Source: Nitrospirota bacterium (GTDB taxonomy: Bacteria > Nitrospirota > Thermodesulfovibrionia > Thermodesulfovibrionales > Dissulfurispiraceae). From it: DNA of 46,716 nt. The stretch lies in contig JBFLWF010000020.1 of assembly GCA_040758355.1 (NCBI GenBank), positions 1-46,716 of the forward strand, written 5' to 3'. Within the stretch, counting starts at the first letter, position 1, and every line of letters starts with the position of its first letter. Shown here in pieces: positions 1 through 10,070 of this stretch. Position numbers and translations under genes: made by a program. A model generated the notes under the pieces. It was not told the origin of the DNA, made no database searches, and saw nothing but the letters and a program-made list of their open reading frames with translations.

Positions 1-60
1 AAGTTTTACTGCCTCCTGCCGAAATTCCTTCGTGTACCTTCCATACGGTAACCTTTCCAT
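1..60 (-). CDS. IS3-family transposase OrfA, N-terminus (partial)
   Basis: Translates MERLPYGRYTKEFRQEAVKL, matching the HTH_Tnp_1 start motif R.YT.EF+.EAV+L. Confidence 0.85.
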   Translation of the reverse strand, partial: MERLPYGRYTKEFRQEAVKL

Positions 61-124
61 CTGAACACCTCCGTTAACTTATTTTACCTCAACTTTTGGT
101 GTCCACTTTTCTTATCCTACCTCA
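1..124 (-). mobile_element. Left end of an IS3-family insertion sequence (runs off the window)
   Basis: The minus strand starts TGAGGTAGGATAAGAAAAGTGGACACC at 124 (5'-TG end typical of IS3 IRL), followed by a GGAGG RBS and an ATG at 60. Confidence 0.85.
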
Positions 125-166
125 ATGTGCTCAATTTTTAAACCTTAACATATGAAACGCACATTT

Positions 167-829
167 TCAGATGGGAACAGATTTCCGACCTATTATGAGC
201 TGGTTTCCTCCAAAAAGGAAACGGTAGTACCTCTCCACTCTTAGTCCGGATTTTAAAAACATGTCTCTTAATTCTGACTTGCATAGTAATTGTTTATGTT
301 CTTCATCTGCATGTTTGTCAAAAAAACCCAATCGGCTTCCAATATGCAATAATTTATTGAAGTAAGGATTTGGGGTGGTCAATACAATTATGCCATTCGG
401 ACGGAGAAACGAACAAAGGTGGTGCAACAGATCTCCTGGCTTTTCGATATGTTCTAATAACGCAGTCATAACAATAACATCAAATTGATTGCTTTCATCA
501 AAAGGTAATTCTTCCGCCCTTGCACAAAAAAAAGCAGCTTCGGGATAATATTCCTGCAGATGTTCTATTAGTAGAGGGTCGCTATCCACGCCAGTATAAC
601 TAATTTTCTTATTTGTCATTTCATAGAGTTTGCCCCTTCCGCACCCACAATCCAGCACCCAATCCCCTTCAATCCATCGAACTGCGTGTCCTATACGGAG
701 TGTCTCAAGCAAAGGTGATATAATACCGTTAATTTGGCCTGTCGGGGTCTTGTCTTTACTCCACAAATTTTCAAAAATGTTTTTTATCCCTTTTAGCCAT
801 AACATAATCAAATAATAGATAGTAGACAT
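167..829 (-). CDS. Class I SAM-dependent methyltransferase
   Basis: VLDCGCGRG motif I, GVDSD, FDVIV, LEHI, LRPNG.IVLTTPN. Confidence 0.85.
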   Translation of the reverse strand: MSTIYYLIMLWLKGIKNIFENLWSKDKTPTGQINGIISPLLETLRIGHAVRWIEGDWVLDCGCGRGKLYEMTNKKISYTGVDSDPLLIEHLQEYYPEAAFFCARAEELPFDESNQFDVIVMTALLEHIEKPGDLLHHLCSFLRPNGIIVLTTPNPYFNKLLHIGSRLGFFDKHADEEHKQLLCKSELRDMFLKSGLRVERYYRFLFGGNQLIIGRKSVPI

Positions 830-830
830 T

Positions 831-1865
831 TTATTCGTGTGCCTCTGGGTTGTGTTTTGACTTTTTTTTCTTTATTTCTTCCAGTCTGCTGTAAATATTA
901 AAATCGCCATTCGGACATTCTCCTTGGAAGTGTTGGCGTTTTAGATAATACAGCGTTTCCTCTATCAAACGTCTATTAGTTGCTACAATATCGGAAAGTA
1001 AGCCTATCAACATTATTAAAAATCCTATAACGACTGCTGATGCACCAATAATAACTGATTGTATGTGGCTTCCTCTTCCCGCCTCTCCCAATAATACTAA
1101 AATCATGTAGCGAATTAATAATCCCAACCCGCCAGCAAAAAAAACAGCGCTTATATATAGAAAAGAACGTAGAGGTTCGTAGAGAATAAATAGGCGTAAA
1201 ATAGTTTTGGCAGAGCGCATGATATATTGCATGCTATTACGCATCAGGCGGGATTTTCTTAGCGCCGGATTTGTCATTATAGGAATATGAGCAATGGTCA
1301 AATTTTTTTTACCCGCTTGTATAACAGTTTCCAGAGTATATGTATAGTCTGTTAAAATATTAAAACGCATTGCAGCTTCACGATTCATTGCACGAAATCC
1401 GCTCGGCGCATCAGGGACCTGAGTACCAGAAACATAACGGACAGTGGCACTACCTAATTTTTGCAATAATTTTTTGACCGGAGAAAAATGCTCGATTTTA
1501 TCCACTTGTCGATCAGCGATAACTATATCAGCTTTGCCCTGCAGTATAGGATCTACCAAAGCATGGATATATTTGCTTGGATACTGATTATCCCCGTCGG
1601 TATTTACGATAATATCGGCCCCTAATTGAAGGCAAGCATTGAGTCCTGTCTGAAAAGCATCAGCCAATCCTTTATTTGTAGTATGGCGTACTATATGATC
1701 AACCCCGTGTTCATAAGCTACCTCTGATGTACGATCAGTACTACCATCATCGACTACAAGCCATTCGACCGAATCAACTCCTGGAATCTCACGCGGAAGT
1801 TCTGCAAGCGTCTTTGGTAATGCTAATTCTTCATTATAACAGGGGATTTGTATTATTAATTTCAT
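831..1865 (-). CDS. GT2 glycosyltransferase, DPM1/GtrB-like, with two C-terminal TM helices
   Basis: IPCYNEE, VVDDGSTD, NTDGDNQY (DxD), DAPSGFRA, two hydrophobic C-terminal segments. Confidence 0.9.
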   Translation of the reverse strand: MKLIIQIPCYNEELALPKTLAELPREIPGVDSVEWLVVDDGSTDRTSEVAYEHGVDHIVRHTTNKGLADAFQTGLNACLQLGADIIVNTDGDNQYPSKYIHALVDPILQGKADIVIADRQVDKIEHFSPVKKLLQKLGSATVRYVSGTQVPDAPSGFRAMNREAAMRFNILTDYTYTLETVIQAGKKNLTIAHIPIMTNPALRKSRLMRNSMQYIMRSAKTILRLFILYEPLRSFLYISAVFFAGGLGLLIRYMILVLLGEAGRGSHIQSVIIGASAVVIGFLIMLIGLLSDIVATNRRLIEETLYYLKRQHFQGECPNGDFNIYSRLEEIKKKKSKHNPEAHE

Positions 1866-1868
1866 TGT

Positions 1869-2528
1869 CTATTCTTCATTCTCCAATATTTTTCTTTTGT
1901 TTCGCTGTCTTTTGCACAAAACAACTGTCCAAGGCAATGGGTTGTTAACTTTCATTATATCGAAATATTTCGATACAAGACTACAGAATTCCTTACTCGA
2001 CCAGTGGTTAATATGTCCAGGTGTGTTGCCAAATTGTGCAATATATTTAAATCTTCCTAAATTCAGAAATCTCCAGAGTGGTTCATTAGGTACGCTGAGC
2101 AAACAATATTTGCCTGAGATATCCACAAGATTTTTCAGTGCCTTTTCTGGGTATTCAAGGTGTTCAAGAACTTCACAACATATTATAAGATCCTTCATAT
2201 CACTTTCTTTAAAATCATAAATATCTTTCGCAAAAAAATTAATATTACTGCCAGCAAAATTATTCCGTGCAACATTTATTATTGTTTCTGAAAAATCACA
2301 AGCTTCTACAGATGCTATTCCAAAAGAGTTAATATATGAGGCGAGAAAACCCTCCCCACACCCTATCTCGAGAATTGAACTAATAGGTTCAGTAATCGAA
2401 ATAATGTTTTCCTTTATTGTTTCGAGAAATCGAGCTACCAGATAACGTCCTATCGGATTTTTCGTTTTATATTTATCATACCAATTGCCAACAGGAATCC
2501 CTTTATCTATAAGTCTTGCCTTTTTCAT
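1869..2528 (-). CDS. Class I SAM-dependent methyltransferase
   Basis: ILEIGCGEG, DLIICCEVLEHL, SVPNEP.WR, N-terminal GNWYDKY.TKNP; a type commonly found next to GT2 genes. Confidence 0.88.
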   Translation of the reverse strand: MKKARLIDKGIPVGNWYDKYKTKNPIGRYLVARFLETIKENIISITEPISSILEIGCGEGFLASYINSFGIASVEACDFSETIINVARNNFAGSNINFFAKDIYDFKESDMKDLIICCEVLEHLEYPEKALKNLVDISGKYCLLSVPNEPLWRFLNLGRFKYIAQFGNTPGHINHWSSKEFCSLVSKYFDIMKVNNPLPWTVVLCKRQRNKRKILENEE

Positions 2529-2535
2529 AGGGTTT

Positions 2536-2700
2536 TCATCTCTTGATAAGAGATATTAATCTTACCATCAAATCAAATGCAATGCCGAAATACGGTATAA
2601 ATTGAGAAAAGAATGCTATTGCTACGACTACCATCCATAAAATCAGCAGACTTTCCCCGGCACTTAGTTTTTTAATAGGAGAATTGCAATCTATATTCAT
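2536..2700 (-). CDS. Small membrane protein, 54 aa (not in ORF track)
   Basis: MNIDCNSPIKKLSAGESLLILWMVVVAIAFFSQFIPYFGIAFDLMVRLISLIKR*. Fills the 2528-2715 gap in operon orientation and resembles the ORFs at 6108-6233 and 27467-27610. Confidence 0.65.
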   Translation of the reverse strand: MNIDCNSPIKKLSAGESLLILWMVVVAIAFFSQFIPYFGIAFDLMVRLISLIKR

Positions 2701-2714
2701 AGAGAATTTCCATT

Positions 2715-3245
2715 TTATATCCTGTTTTTTTTAGCAATTGTAAGAGTATTTATTCCAAACATAAATGATTTTTCATATACTATATTATATCCTGCTTCTA
2801 TCAATAAATTCCTTACGACACGTATTGACAATCCGTAAACCTCACCCTGTTTTAATCCCCGAACCTTCTGGTCTGCATCCCATGGCTTGCGTAATAAATG
2901 CCATATTCTTGATATTCCGGGGGGAATCATTGTAATGATAATTTTTCCTTCCGGACGCAGAATCCTAAAAGATTCTTTGAGGACTTCATTTCTGTTAGGG
3001 ATATGATTCAGTGCCGCTATACATGTTACTGTATCAAATGATTCATTATCAAACGGTAAATTGGCAGTATTCTGAACAACCATATCAACATTTTCCCACT
3101 GGAATACATCAACTCCTATACCATTGCCATAAGTTCTTACCAAATCGTTAGTACCGCATCCCATATCCAATAATTTGCCCTGAATATGAGGCAAAACAGT
3201 GCGTATTCTCCATTTTAAAAGCAGTTTACCTATGAAATCTTCCAT
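2715..3245 (-). CDS. Class I SAM-dependent methyltransferase (Methyltransf_11-like)
   Basis: LLDMGCG, LPFDNESFDTV, ALNHI, RILRPEG. Confidence 0.85.
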   Translation of the reverse strand: MEDFIGKLLLKWRIRTVLPHIQGKLLDMGCGTNDLVRTYGNGIGVDVFQWENVDMVVQNTANLPFDNESFDTVTCIAALNHIPNRNEVLKESFRILRPEGKIIITMIPPGISRIWHLLRKPWDADQKVRGLKQGEVYGLSIRVVRNLLIEAGYNIVYEKSFMFGINTLTIAKKNRI

Positions 3246-3326
3246 GGACCTTAATCTATTAAAAAATCGGGAATTGCAAAACTATCGACGTATGCCTTAA
3301 TCATAACCACGGCACGGCACAAAAGT

Positions 3327-4268
3327 TCAGGTATTTCCCTTACTTTGTGAAATATGGAGGGCAGCTATTTGCTCGGAAATTAATCCTAATAGGAAAATCA
3401 AAACGCTTGATATAAACAATAACACCCCCGAGTTTGGAATATGAAGACGCCCCAAATGCAGCATTGAATATGTAGAAGAAAAACAACCGAGCAGAAATAA
3501 TACAAATGCTGCTGGCAAAAATACTCTCAAGGGCTCAAAAATAACGATAATCTTGAGAATAATGATAAGGAACCGCCATCCATCCCTGAGCGGCTTTATT
3601 TTACTTCTGTTGCCTTTGCGTTGGTGTACTTCGATAGGAACATATTTGACATTATGGCCTCCCTTAATGAACGCCAAGGTACTGGTGGTCGGATAAGAGA
3701 AGCGTGCAGGGAAAAGGTGTACGTACTGCTTCACAATCGAGGCCCTGAAAAGCCTACAGCCTGATGTTAAGTCTTTAATTGGGAATTTCGTCAACCATGA
3801 TGACAGAGAATTATAAAATTTATTTGCCAGATTCCGATACCATTTCCCCTGATAATTCATGGTACGTGCTCCTACAATTAAATCATACTCGGACATGTAT
3901 GGAAGCATATGAAAAATATTTTGTGGATCGTGCTGACCATCCGCATCCATACAGAAAATCATTTCCCCTCGAACGGCATTGATGCCTGTTTTTATTGCAG
4001 CGCCATTGCCTTTATTGTATGGATGGCATATTATGTGTATATGTTTTGGATTGCTGGATGCCAAATCATGAAGGATCTCACGCGTACCGTCGGTTGAACC
4101 ATCGTCGACAACAATAATTTCAAAGGATAATTCTGCCTGTTCCAATGTTTTCACCAATTGCATAATTACCCGTCGTATTACATCATATTCCTGATATACC
4201 GGCAATACCACTGAAAGCTGGGGTATATTTCTATTTTCCATTGGTTTGCAAGGCTCTGCACAGTCCAT
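3327..4268 (-). CDS. GT2 glycosyltransferase, DPM1/GtrB-like, with two C-terminal TM helices
   Basis: VVLPVYQE, VVDDGSTD, MDADGQH, DLTSGCR; AGGAGG RBS upstream; paralogous to 33359-34306. Confidence 0.9.
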   Translation of the reverse strand: MDCAEPCKPMENRNIPQLSVVLPVYQEYDVIRRVIMQLVKTLEQAELSFEIIVVDDGSTDGTREILHDLASSNPKHIHIICHPYNKGNGAAIKTGINAVRGEMIFCMDADGQHDPQNIFHMLPYMSEYDLIVGARTMNYQGKWYRNLANKFYNSLSSWLTKFPIKDLTSGCRLFRASIVKQYVHLFPARFSYPTTSTLAFIKGGHNVKYVPIEVHQRKGNRSKIKPLRDGWRFLIIILKIIVIFEPLRVFLPAAFVLFLLGCFSSTYSMLHLGRLHIPNSGVLLFISSVLIFLLGLISEQIAALHISQSKGNT

Positions 4269-6105
4269 AATCTATCCTCCTAACCTCGATAGTTCCGGAA
4301 TTGTAAACAACAGATGAGCAGCCGGAAGATGATATTACTTCTTTTAATTTATCAAAATGTTTTTCCGACGGATGCCATGCTGTATGCGTAACTTTAAAGG
4401 AATACAACAATTTGAGAAATTTAGACGGATTGCTCAATTGGTCTTCATCATACATAAAATAAGAAAATAAGCGAAGATCTATATGGTCTCTATTCAAATA
4501 ATAGCCACAGGAATCCCATAGTAACACATTTGCATCCACGGGAAGAATTTTATTCAACTGTTTGTAATCATAGTACCATTCAAAACCGTCAGATCGCAGC
4601 TTATTGTCGGCATATTTATCCCTGTCTTCTATGCCCATAGCTACAGCTACAGCATCCTTATGAATACGAAAATTGTTTATTAAACCGGCTGCCAGCCATA
4701 AACATAAAACCATGATCACGGTGAATCTAAGTAGACGTCTCATGCGTTCATCTTCAAATAAAAACTGTATCGCCATTGATATAAGAATAATTAAAATTAA
4801 AACAACCGAAAGGAGTGATCGTAAGCGTGCATATGTCAGATACCATATAGGCAATGAAACCAATATAAACAATAGGACCAAACCGGCCCATTGAGGAAAT
4901 TTTTTTCGATAAACTATTAATAAGGGGAGACAAGAGAGTATAACAGGCCCCATTGAACCACTTCTATAACGTCCGGGGTCAACCGTAAGCACCCATGGCA
5001 TAATCAAAAAGTGCGATAGACTACGTTCACCTATTGTCTTGTACAAAGCAAGTTTCATGTAATTGCTGGAACCTTCGATAGAGTTGTAAAAGCCTCCGAA
5101 TATATCATGCAAAAAGGGGAATACCGGATTGCCCATATAGTACCAGCTTCGCACATACCACGGCAATACCACTAAAAGAGTACAACCTCCAAAGATAGCT
5201 ATAACTCTGATAGAGTAAAACCAATTCCGGTAATCCTTTTGATGGATAATAAATAGTGCGGCAGCAATTCCAAGTCCTATAACAAGTCCAATATTGGAAA
5301 TTCTGCTTCCTGCATACAACCCGGATAGTAATCCTGACAAAATTAGCCATTTGTTTTCCTCTTTTTTTATCCAAAATACAAGGGTTATGAAAGAGAGTAC
5401 CATAAATAACGTTGCCGGTACATCTATAAGGGCTAAGCTTGATTGGTAAGCTACATCGCTTATCGAAATATAAAGCGATACCGCCAATAATGCCGCAAAC
5501 CTTCTATTCTGCCTTACCATAATTCCATACAATGCGAAGCCTGTTAAGGCTGAAGCCCACCAATTTAATAATTGCGCTACCACATCTCCCCTCAGCCACA
5601 TCGCATATAAGAATATCATTTGTACTGCTTGGGGCCAGTATGCTTTTTCATTTGTATAAATCTGTTCAAACCCACCTTTTCTGAGATATATACTTGGCAG
5701 TGAAAGATGGTATACCATCGTATCCACACCGGTAGGCGGTGCCAGTGCAGATATCAAATTTAATATAAAATGCAGCGAAATTATTCCTGCAAGAAGCCAG
5801 CACCACATATTCCACTGAGGAGTTTTTAATTGCAATTCTTTGATTTGGAACCCATGCCTGTTAAAAATTAGGGTAAAAACAACTGGTACCGCTATAACGG
5901 TCCATGCCGGCAACCATAAGAGATGCAAAAAGGCCATTAGTGCGGTAATACATGACAGCACGCCTAATCCAATTCCACCGCTTAAAGCTATATCTATCTG
6001 TGTTTGACCGGTAAGCAAACCGAACCGTCTTAACCATATGTAAGACAGAATGGAAATGCCTGAAGCAATATAGATTAAGGCACTAAAATCGGCAAGGTAT
6101 GTCAT
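4231..6105 (-). CDS. Polytopic membrane protein, probable GT-C-fold glycosyltransferase (ArnT/PMT_2/DUF1420-like)
   Basis: Many TM segments; APPTGVDTMVYHL acidic loop motif after the N-terminal TMs, PWYVRSWYYMGNPVFP, soluble C-terminal domain. Confidence 0.7.
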   Translation of the reverse strand: MTYLADFSALIYIASGISILSYIWLRRFGLLTGQTQIDIALSGGIGLGVLSCITALMAFLHLLWLPAWTVIAVPVVFTLIFNRHGFQIKELQLKTPQWNMWCWLLAGIISLHFILNLISALAPPTGVDTMVYHLSLPSIYLRKGGFEQIYTNEKAYWPQAVQMIFLYAMWLRGDVVAQLLNWWASALTGFALYGIMVRQNRRFAALLAVSLYISISDVAYQSSLALIDVPATLFMVLSFITLVFWIKKEENKWLILSGLLSGLYAGSRISNIGLVIGLGIAAALFIIHQKDYRNWFYSIRVIAIFGGCTLLVVLPWYVRSWYYMGNPVFPFLHDIFGGFYNSIEGSSNYMKLALYKTIGERSLSHFLIMPWVLTVDPGRYRSGSMGPVILSCLPLLIVYRKKFPQWAGLVLLFILVSLPIWYLTYARLRSLLSVVLILIILISMAIQFLFEDERMRRLLRFTVIMVLCLWLAAGLINNFRIHKDAVAVAMGIEDRDKYADNKLRSDGFEWYYDYKQLNKILPVDANVLLWDSCGYYLNRDHIDLRLFSYFMYDEDQLSNPSKFLKLLYSFKVTHTAWHPSEKHFDKLKEVISSSGCSSVVYNSGTIEVRRIDYGLCRALQTNGK

Positions 6106-6107
6106 AT

Positions 6108-6233
6108 TTAGTTTAATCCTAAAATATCCAGCAATTTTTTAAAATATCTTTCAAAAAGCTTCCAGTAAAAAATAACATTTACAGCGATAATCCATAAGAC
6201 CAACAACCAACTTATCATTGCGGTTTTCCGCAT
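6108..6233 (-). CDS. Small single-TM membrane protein, 41 aa (not in ORF track)
   Basis: MRKTAMISWLLVLWIIAVNVIFYWKLFERYFKKLLDILGLN*. Starts 1 nt after the upstream stop and ends 2 nt before the next ATG, so it exactly fills the gap. Confidence 0.75.
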   Translation of the reverse strand: MRKTAMISWLLVLWIIAVNVIFYWKLFERYFKKLLDILGLN

Positions 6234-6234
6234 G

Positions 6235-7620
6235 TTAGACGGTCGAATAATCATTTCTTAATAATATGCCTTCTATTCCTCTCAAAAACCAGAATATCAC
6301 CATATATCCGACGAAATACATTATATTGTCGTGGAGACACAGGAAAAAAGAATTCAGCAGGCTGGTAAATAAACCAAAAGTGACTGGTCCCCAGTATATA
6401 TGCATAGAATATTTTTCCCATATTCTGAAGGCACGTTTAATAAGGGTTGCAAATAGAAGTAACCACAATCCCAGGTAAACAATTCCCCCTTCAAGTGCTG
6501 CACCTAAAAATAAACTGTGGCTTGCTTGAACTCCAATGCCAACTCCGGTTAGTGGATTTTCTACTATACTTTTAAATGCATTTATATATATATTTAAGCG
6601 AGAATCCTCATCTCCACTGGTAATTTCTTGTGTTGTCCGCTTATAAGCAAAGGAAAGTATAGAAGAACCCGAAAGCGGATCGGACATTTCGAGTTTATAA
6701 AAAGAAGCAAAGAGTATAATTGATAAGATAATTAATGTCGTACCCCAAATAAACATTTTTCTCTTTAGGTAATGCCTTCCTAATAATAGAAATGCAGACA
6801 GAGTAATAAACATCCCTAAGATGCCACCTCGACTTAATGTTAGTGTGTTTAAAACTAATGCCCCTAAGACAGATATTAAAAATATTAGACGCCAAAAATA
6901 GCCTTTTTGTTCCGCAATAAAGCAGCATATGCCGAGCGGAATATAAATATTCATAAGAGCAGATAGTGTTGTTGCCGCTGTTAGATTATATTCCGATGAG
7001 GACAGATAGCGATAACCAAAACCTGTCTTCAGCGAAATAAGTATATTTATAAAAGAAAATGCTATATAACTTACCGCTAATATCCTTAAAAAATTTTGCA
7101 CCTGATCGGTTTTATTAAAAACATACGCTATAATGAAAAAAGCAACAAATCCTTGTATCGTAGGCAAAAATCTCTGCCAAATAATGATATCAACTTTCCC
7201 GTAACCTACTATTATTGAAATTAGCTGAAATGTCAGAATTAAAAATATAAATAATATCAATGAAGGTTCTGCAAAAGTAATCATGCGTCCCTGCGCTAAA
7301 AAGCTTAACAATACCAATACCGATGTAAAAATAAATGCAACAACAAAGGGCCCTGGCAATATAACTGATCCAAAATTAACCTCGGCACTTAAAACAGGCA
7401 TAAGTGCTACATTGAATAACAACAGTACAATGAGGTGTACCCTCCATGCCGGATGAATAAAAGTCAATAAAATCAGAAAATAGGCACATAGATACACCGT
7501 GGCCTCAATTGGATTGTCCGAGCTGCCGATAAAATATCCGATAAATGAAATTAGTCCTCCTGCAATGATATAATTTATTAAATTCATAGCATTAAAATTT
7601 TGAGCTGATTTTTCTATCAT
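6235..7620 (-). CDS. O-antigen ligase/polymerase family membrane protein (Wzy_C domain; Wzy or WaaL-like)
   Basis: About 12 TMs, TLSRGG, R..IY..A...I..NP.TGVG.G, SHSLFL..ALEGG motifs. Likely start is the ATG at 7620 with an AAGGGA RBS (ORF track start 7668). Confidence 0.8.
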   Translation of the reverse strand: MIEKSAQNFNAMNLINYIIAGGLISFIGYFIGSSDNPIEATVYLCAYFLILLTFIHPAWRVHLIVLLLFNVALMPVLSAEVNFGSVILPGPFVVAFIFTSVLVLLSFLAQGRMITFAEPSLILFIFLILTFQLISIIVGYGKVDIIIWQRFLPTIQGFVAFFIIAYVFNKTDQVQNFLRILAVSYIAFSFINILISLKTGFGYRYLSSSEYNLTAATTLSALMNIYIPLGICCFIAEQKGYFWRLIFLISVLGALVLNTLTLSRGGILGMFITLSAFLLLGRHYLKRKMFIWGTTLIILSIILFASFYKLEMSDPLSGSSILSFAYKRTTQEITSGDEDSRLNIYINAFKSIVENPLTGVGIGVQASHSLFLGAALEGGIVYLGLWLLLFATLIKRAFRIWEKYSMHIYWGPVTFGLFTSLLNSFFLCLHDNIMYFVGYMVIFWFLRGIEGILLRNDYSTV

Positions 7621-7631
7621 TAGGATATCCC

Positions 7632-8852
7632 TTAACTCAGTACATCGTCGTATAGTTGCTGAATGCACACCACCTGTTTATTTAAATCAAATATCTCCTC
7701 GGCACGCTTACGCTGTTTTTGGCCAATAAGTGCCAATTCTTCTTCCGACCTTTCAGTACAATTGCATATCGCCTCTGATAGTGCATGGGGATCATCGGGC
7801 GGCACAAGCCATCCTGTATTACCGTCTTGCAGAAGTTCAGCCGTTGGGCCAATAGCAGTTGCAACTACAGGCCTGGCAGTAGCCATTGCCTCCATCAAAG
7901 GCCTTCCAAATCCCTCAGCCTTGACGGAAGGAAAAACAATAAGGTCAACTGCACCTAACATTTCCGGCATATCATACCTGAACGGTAAAAACATAAAATG
8001 CTTATCGAGTCCATATTTATGAACTTTTTGCTGTAAATCCTCGTCATTGTTCATTGGCATATTAATCATGCGCTTTATATGTCCTTTCCAGCTGCGTGTA
8101 TAGTGAGCCGGAAGATCTCCACCGCCTATAACCATAAAAAGAATATTGGGATTTATTTTCACAGCATGATGCGCTGCTTCCAAAAAAACATAATGACCTT
8201 TGGCCCTGGTTACATGTCCTACAATAGCTACAACAAATCGGTTTTTATTTATACCCAACTCATTTCTTATGCGGGAACCATTTTGTCGCGCAATTAACGG
8301 ATGAAAATAGTTTAAATCAACGGCATTATAGATCGTAATTACATTTCTCTTATCCGGGAAAATATCTCTGACAGTATTTGTTGTAGTAATAACATACGAT
8401 GCCCTTTTGTTAATCTCATTTACCAGCATACGACCAAGTATTCCATCCTGCAGCATCTCCCTCACATGCCAGATCAGAGGTATGCTGAAGGAATTTACTA
8501 TACGGGCATGCGGCAAAAGTACACTTGTATTAAGATGGACAATATCCGGTTTTTCTGTTTCAATCACACGATGCATAACATCCAATGTCTTTTGGTAATT
8601 GAATACGAATCTTGAAAGGCTACGTATTCCGATTTTTGTGCTGGCCCCTAAAAACAATCCACTTCTCATAGGTTCTATTCTGCAGGGTACGTTAGTCCTT
8701 TTGAAAAATTCCATCGCCGGCCCATGATCAGTAAGAATTACCACCGGCTCATATCTGTTGCGATCAAGACCCCCGGCTAAGGAAGCGAGACTGATCGGAG
8801 CTCCTCCCAGAGCACCTCCGTAGTGTATAAAAACTATTTTAATGCGCTTCAT
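7632..8852 (-). CDS. GT4 family glycosyltransferase
   Basis: GGA..SL, PDIVHLN, WHVRE, KGH, EGFGRPLMEAMA (E-x7-E). Confidence 0.92.
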   Translation of the reverse strand: MKRIKIVFIHYGGALGGAPISLASLAGGLDRNRYEPVVILTDHGPAMEFFKRTNVPCRIEPMRSGLFLGASTKIGIRSLSRFVFNYQKTLDVMHRVIETEKPDIVHLNTSVLLPHARIVNSFSIPLIWHVREMLQDGILGRMLVNEINKRASYVITTTNTVRDIFPDKRNVITIYNAVDLNYFHPLIARQNGSRIRNELGINKNRFVVAIVGHVTRAKGHYVFLEAAHHAVKINPNILFMVIGGGDLPAHYTRSWKGHIKRMINMPMNNDEDLQQKVHKYGLDKHFMFLPFRYDMPEMLGAVDLIVFPSVKAEGFGRPLMEAMATARPVVATAIGPTAELLQDGNTGWLVPPDDPHALSEAICNCTERSEEELALIGQKQRKRAEEIFDLNKQVVCIQQLYDDVLS

Positions 8853-8954
8853 CTTTTTTCTTCGTTAGCTTGCTATGATGGCTGTATAATGGTTTTTAAA
8901 GTGCCTTGAAAAAACAGATTTAATAAATTGTTGTACAGTATCGATGCAAAAATA

Positions 8955-10070
8955 TTAATCAACTATTGTTTTTACCATTGTAACAACTTTTTTTGCTATT
9001 GCTATAGAAGCCGTTAATCCTGGAGATTCGATGCCGATCAAGTTTATAAGCCCTGCCAGCCCTTTGTCTGTCTCATCAGCAATAACAAAGTCTCTTACCT
9101 TTTCACCGGGCCCCTGCAATTTGGGACGAATTCCTGCCATATCCGGCATAAAAGCGTTTTTATCAAGGCCGTTTATTATTTTTGAAGCGCTTCTATAAAA
9201 TAAGTCTTGTTTATTTGCGTCAATTCTATAATCAATAGTCTCAATGTATTCGGTATCAGGGCCAAAACGAAGTCTGCCACCTATATCCAAAGTCGCATGC
9301 ACTCCCAGCCCTACTAACTCTTCGTGAGGAACTGGATAAATGAGCATACTAACAGGCGATGGGTTTTGATAAGAAAAGTATGTCCCCTTACAAAATTTAA
9401 GCCTATAACCTGCTGCATCGATATTGATTCCAGCCAGTTCAGCAACACGATCAGAGAAAAGCCCTGCACAGTTTATAACGATCTGCGTCTTAAACGCATA
9501 GTTTTCTTTTTTTATGCCGACTATAAATGAATCCCCTCTCCTATCTAAGGAAGTGACCTCGCTATCAAATGAAAATAAGACGCCATTATTTTTAGCCTGA
9601 TTGTAAAAATATTTCATCAGCAAGTGCGAGTCTATTATTCCGGTATTCGGTGAATACAGGGCAGCAACCGCGTTAATTTCATATTCAAATCGACTTAATT
9701 CTTTTCCGCTGAGTATCTGCAAGCCATTAACATTGTTATTTCTTCCTTTTCCAAAGAGTTTTTCTATTTTTTTTATTTCCGATTGCTCTGTAGCCAGTAC
9801 CAACTTTCCAACTTTCTTATAGTTAATAGAATTTTTTTTACAGAGCTCATATAAAAGTCCTGCTCCTTCAACACAAAGCAAGGCTTTTAATGAGTTTTGT
9901 TCATAGTATATTCCGGAATGTATTACCTCGCTGTTTCTGCTGCTTGTCTCCTGTCCAAAGGTTTCGTTTTTATCTAGGACAAACACATCATCATACGCAT
10001 TAGATAACTCAGACGCTATCGATAGACCGATAACCCCTGCGCCTATGACAGTAATTTTTACTTCTTCCAT
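8955..10070 (-). CDS. FAD-dependent oxidoreductase, L-2-hydroxyglutarate oxidase (LhgO)-like
   Basis: VIGAGVIG FAD motif, ETSSRNSEVIHSGIYY, GLGVH.TLD.GG..RFGPD, GIRPKL, GIESPGLTAS. Confidence 0.85.
   Translation of the reverse strand: MEEVKITVIGAGVIGLSIASELSNAYDDVFVLDKNETFGQETSSRNSEVIHSGIYYEQNSLKALLCVEGAGLLYELCKKNSINYKKVGKLVLATEQSEIKKIEKLFGKGRNNNVNGLQILSGKELSRFEYEINAVAALYSPNTGIIDSHLLMKYFYNQAKNNGVLFSFDSEVTSLDRRGDSFIVGIKKENYAFKTQIVINCAGLFSDRVAELAGINIDAAGYRLKFCKGTYFSYQNPSPVSMLIYPVPHEELVGLGVHATLDIGGRLRFGPDTEYIETIDYRIDANKQDLFYRSASKIINGLDKNAFMPDMAGIRPKLQGPGEKVRDFVIADETDKGLAGLINLIGIESPGLTASIAIAKKVVTMVKTIVD

Noticed and set aside
520..1320. A/T homopolymer runs of 8 or more as phase-variation tracts
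   Set aside because: Expected in AT-rich coding DNA; the frames are intact and there are no long G/C tracts.
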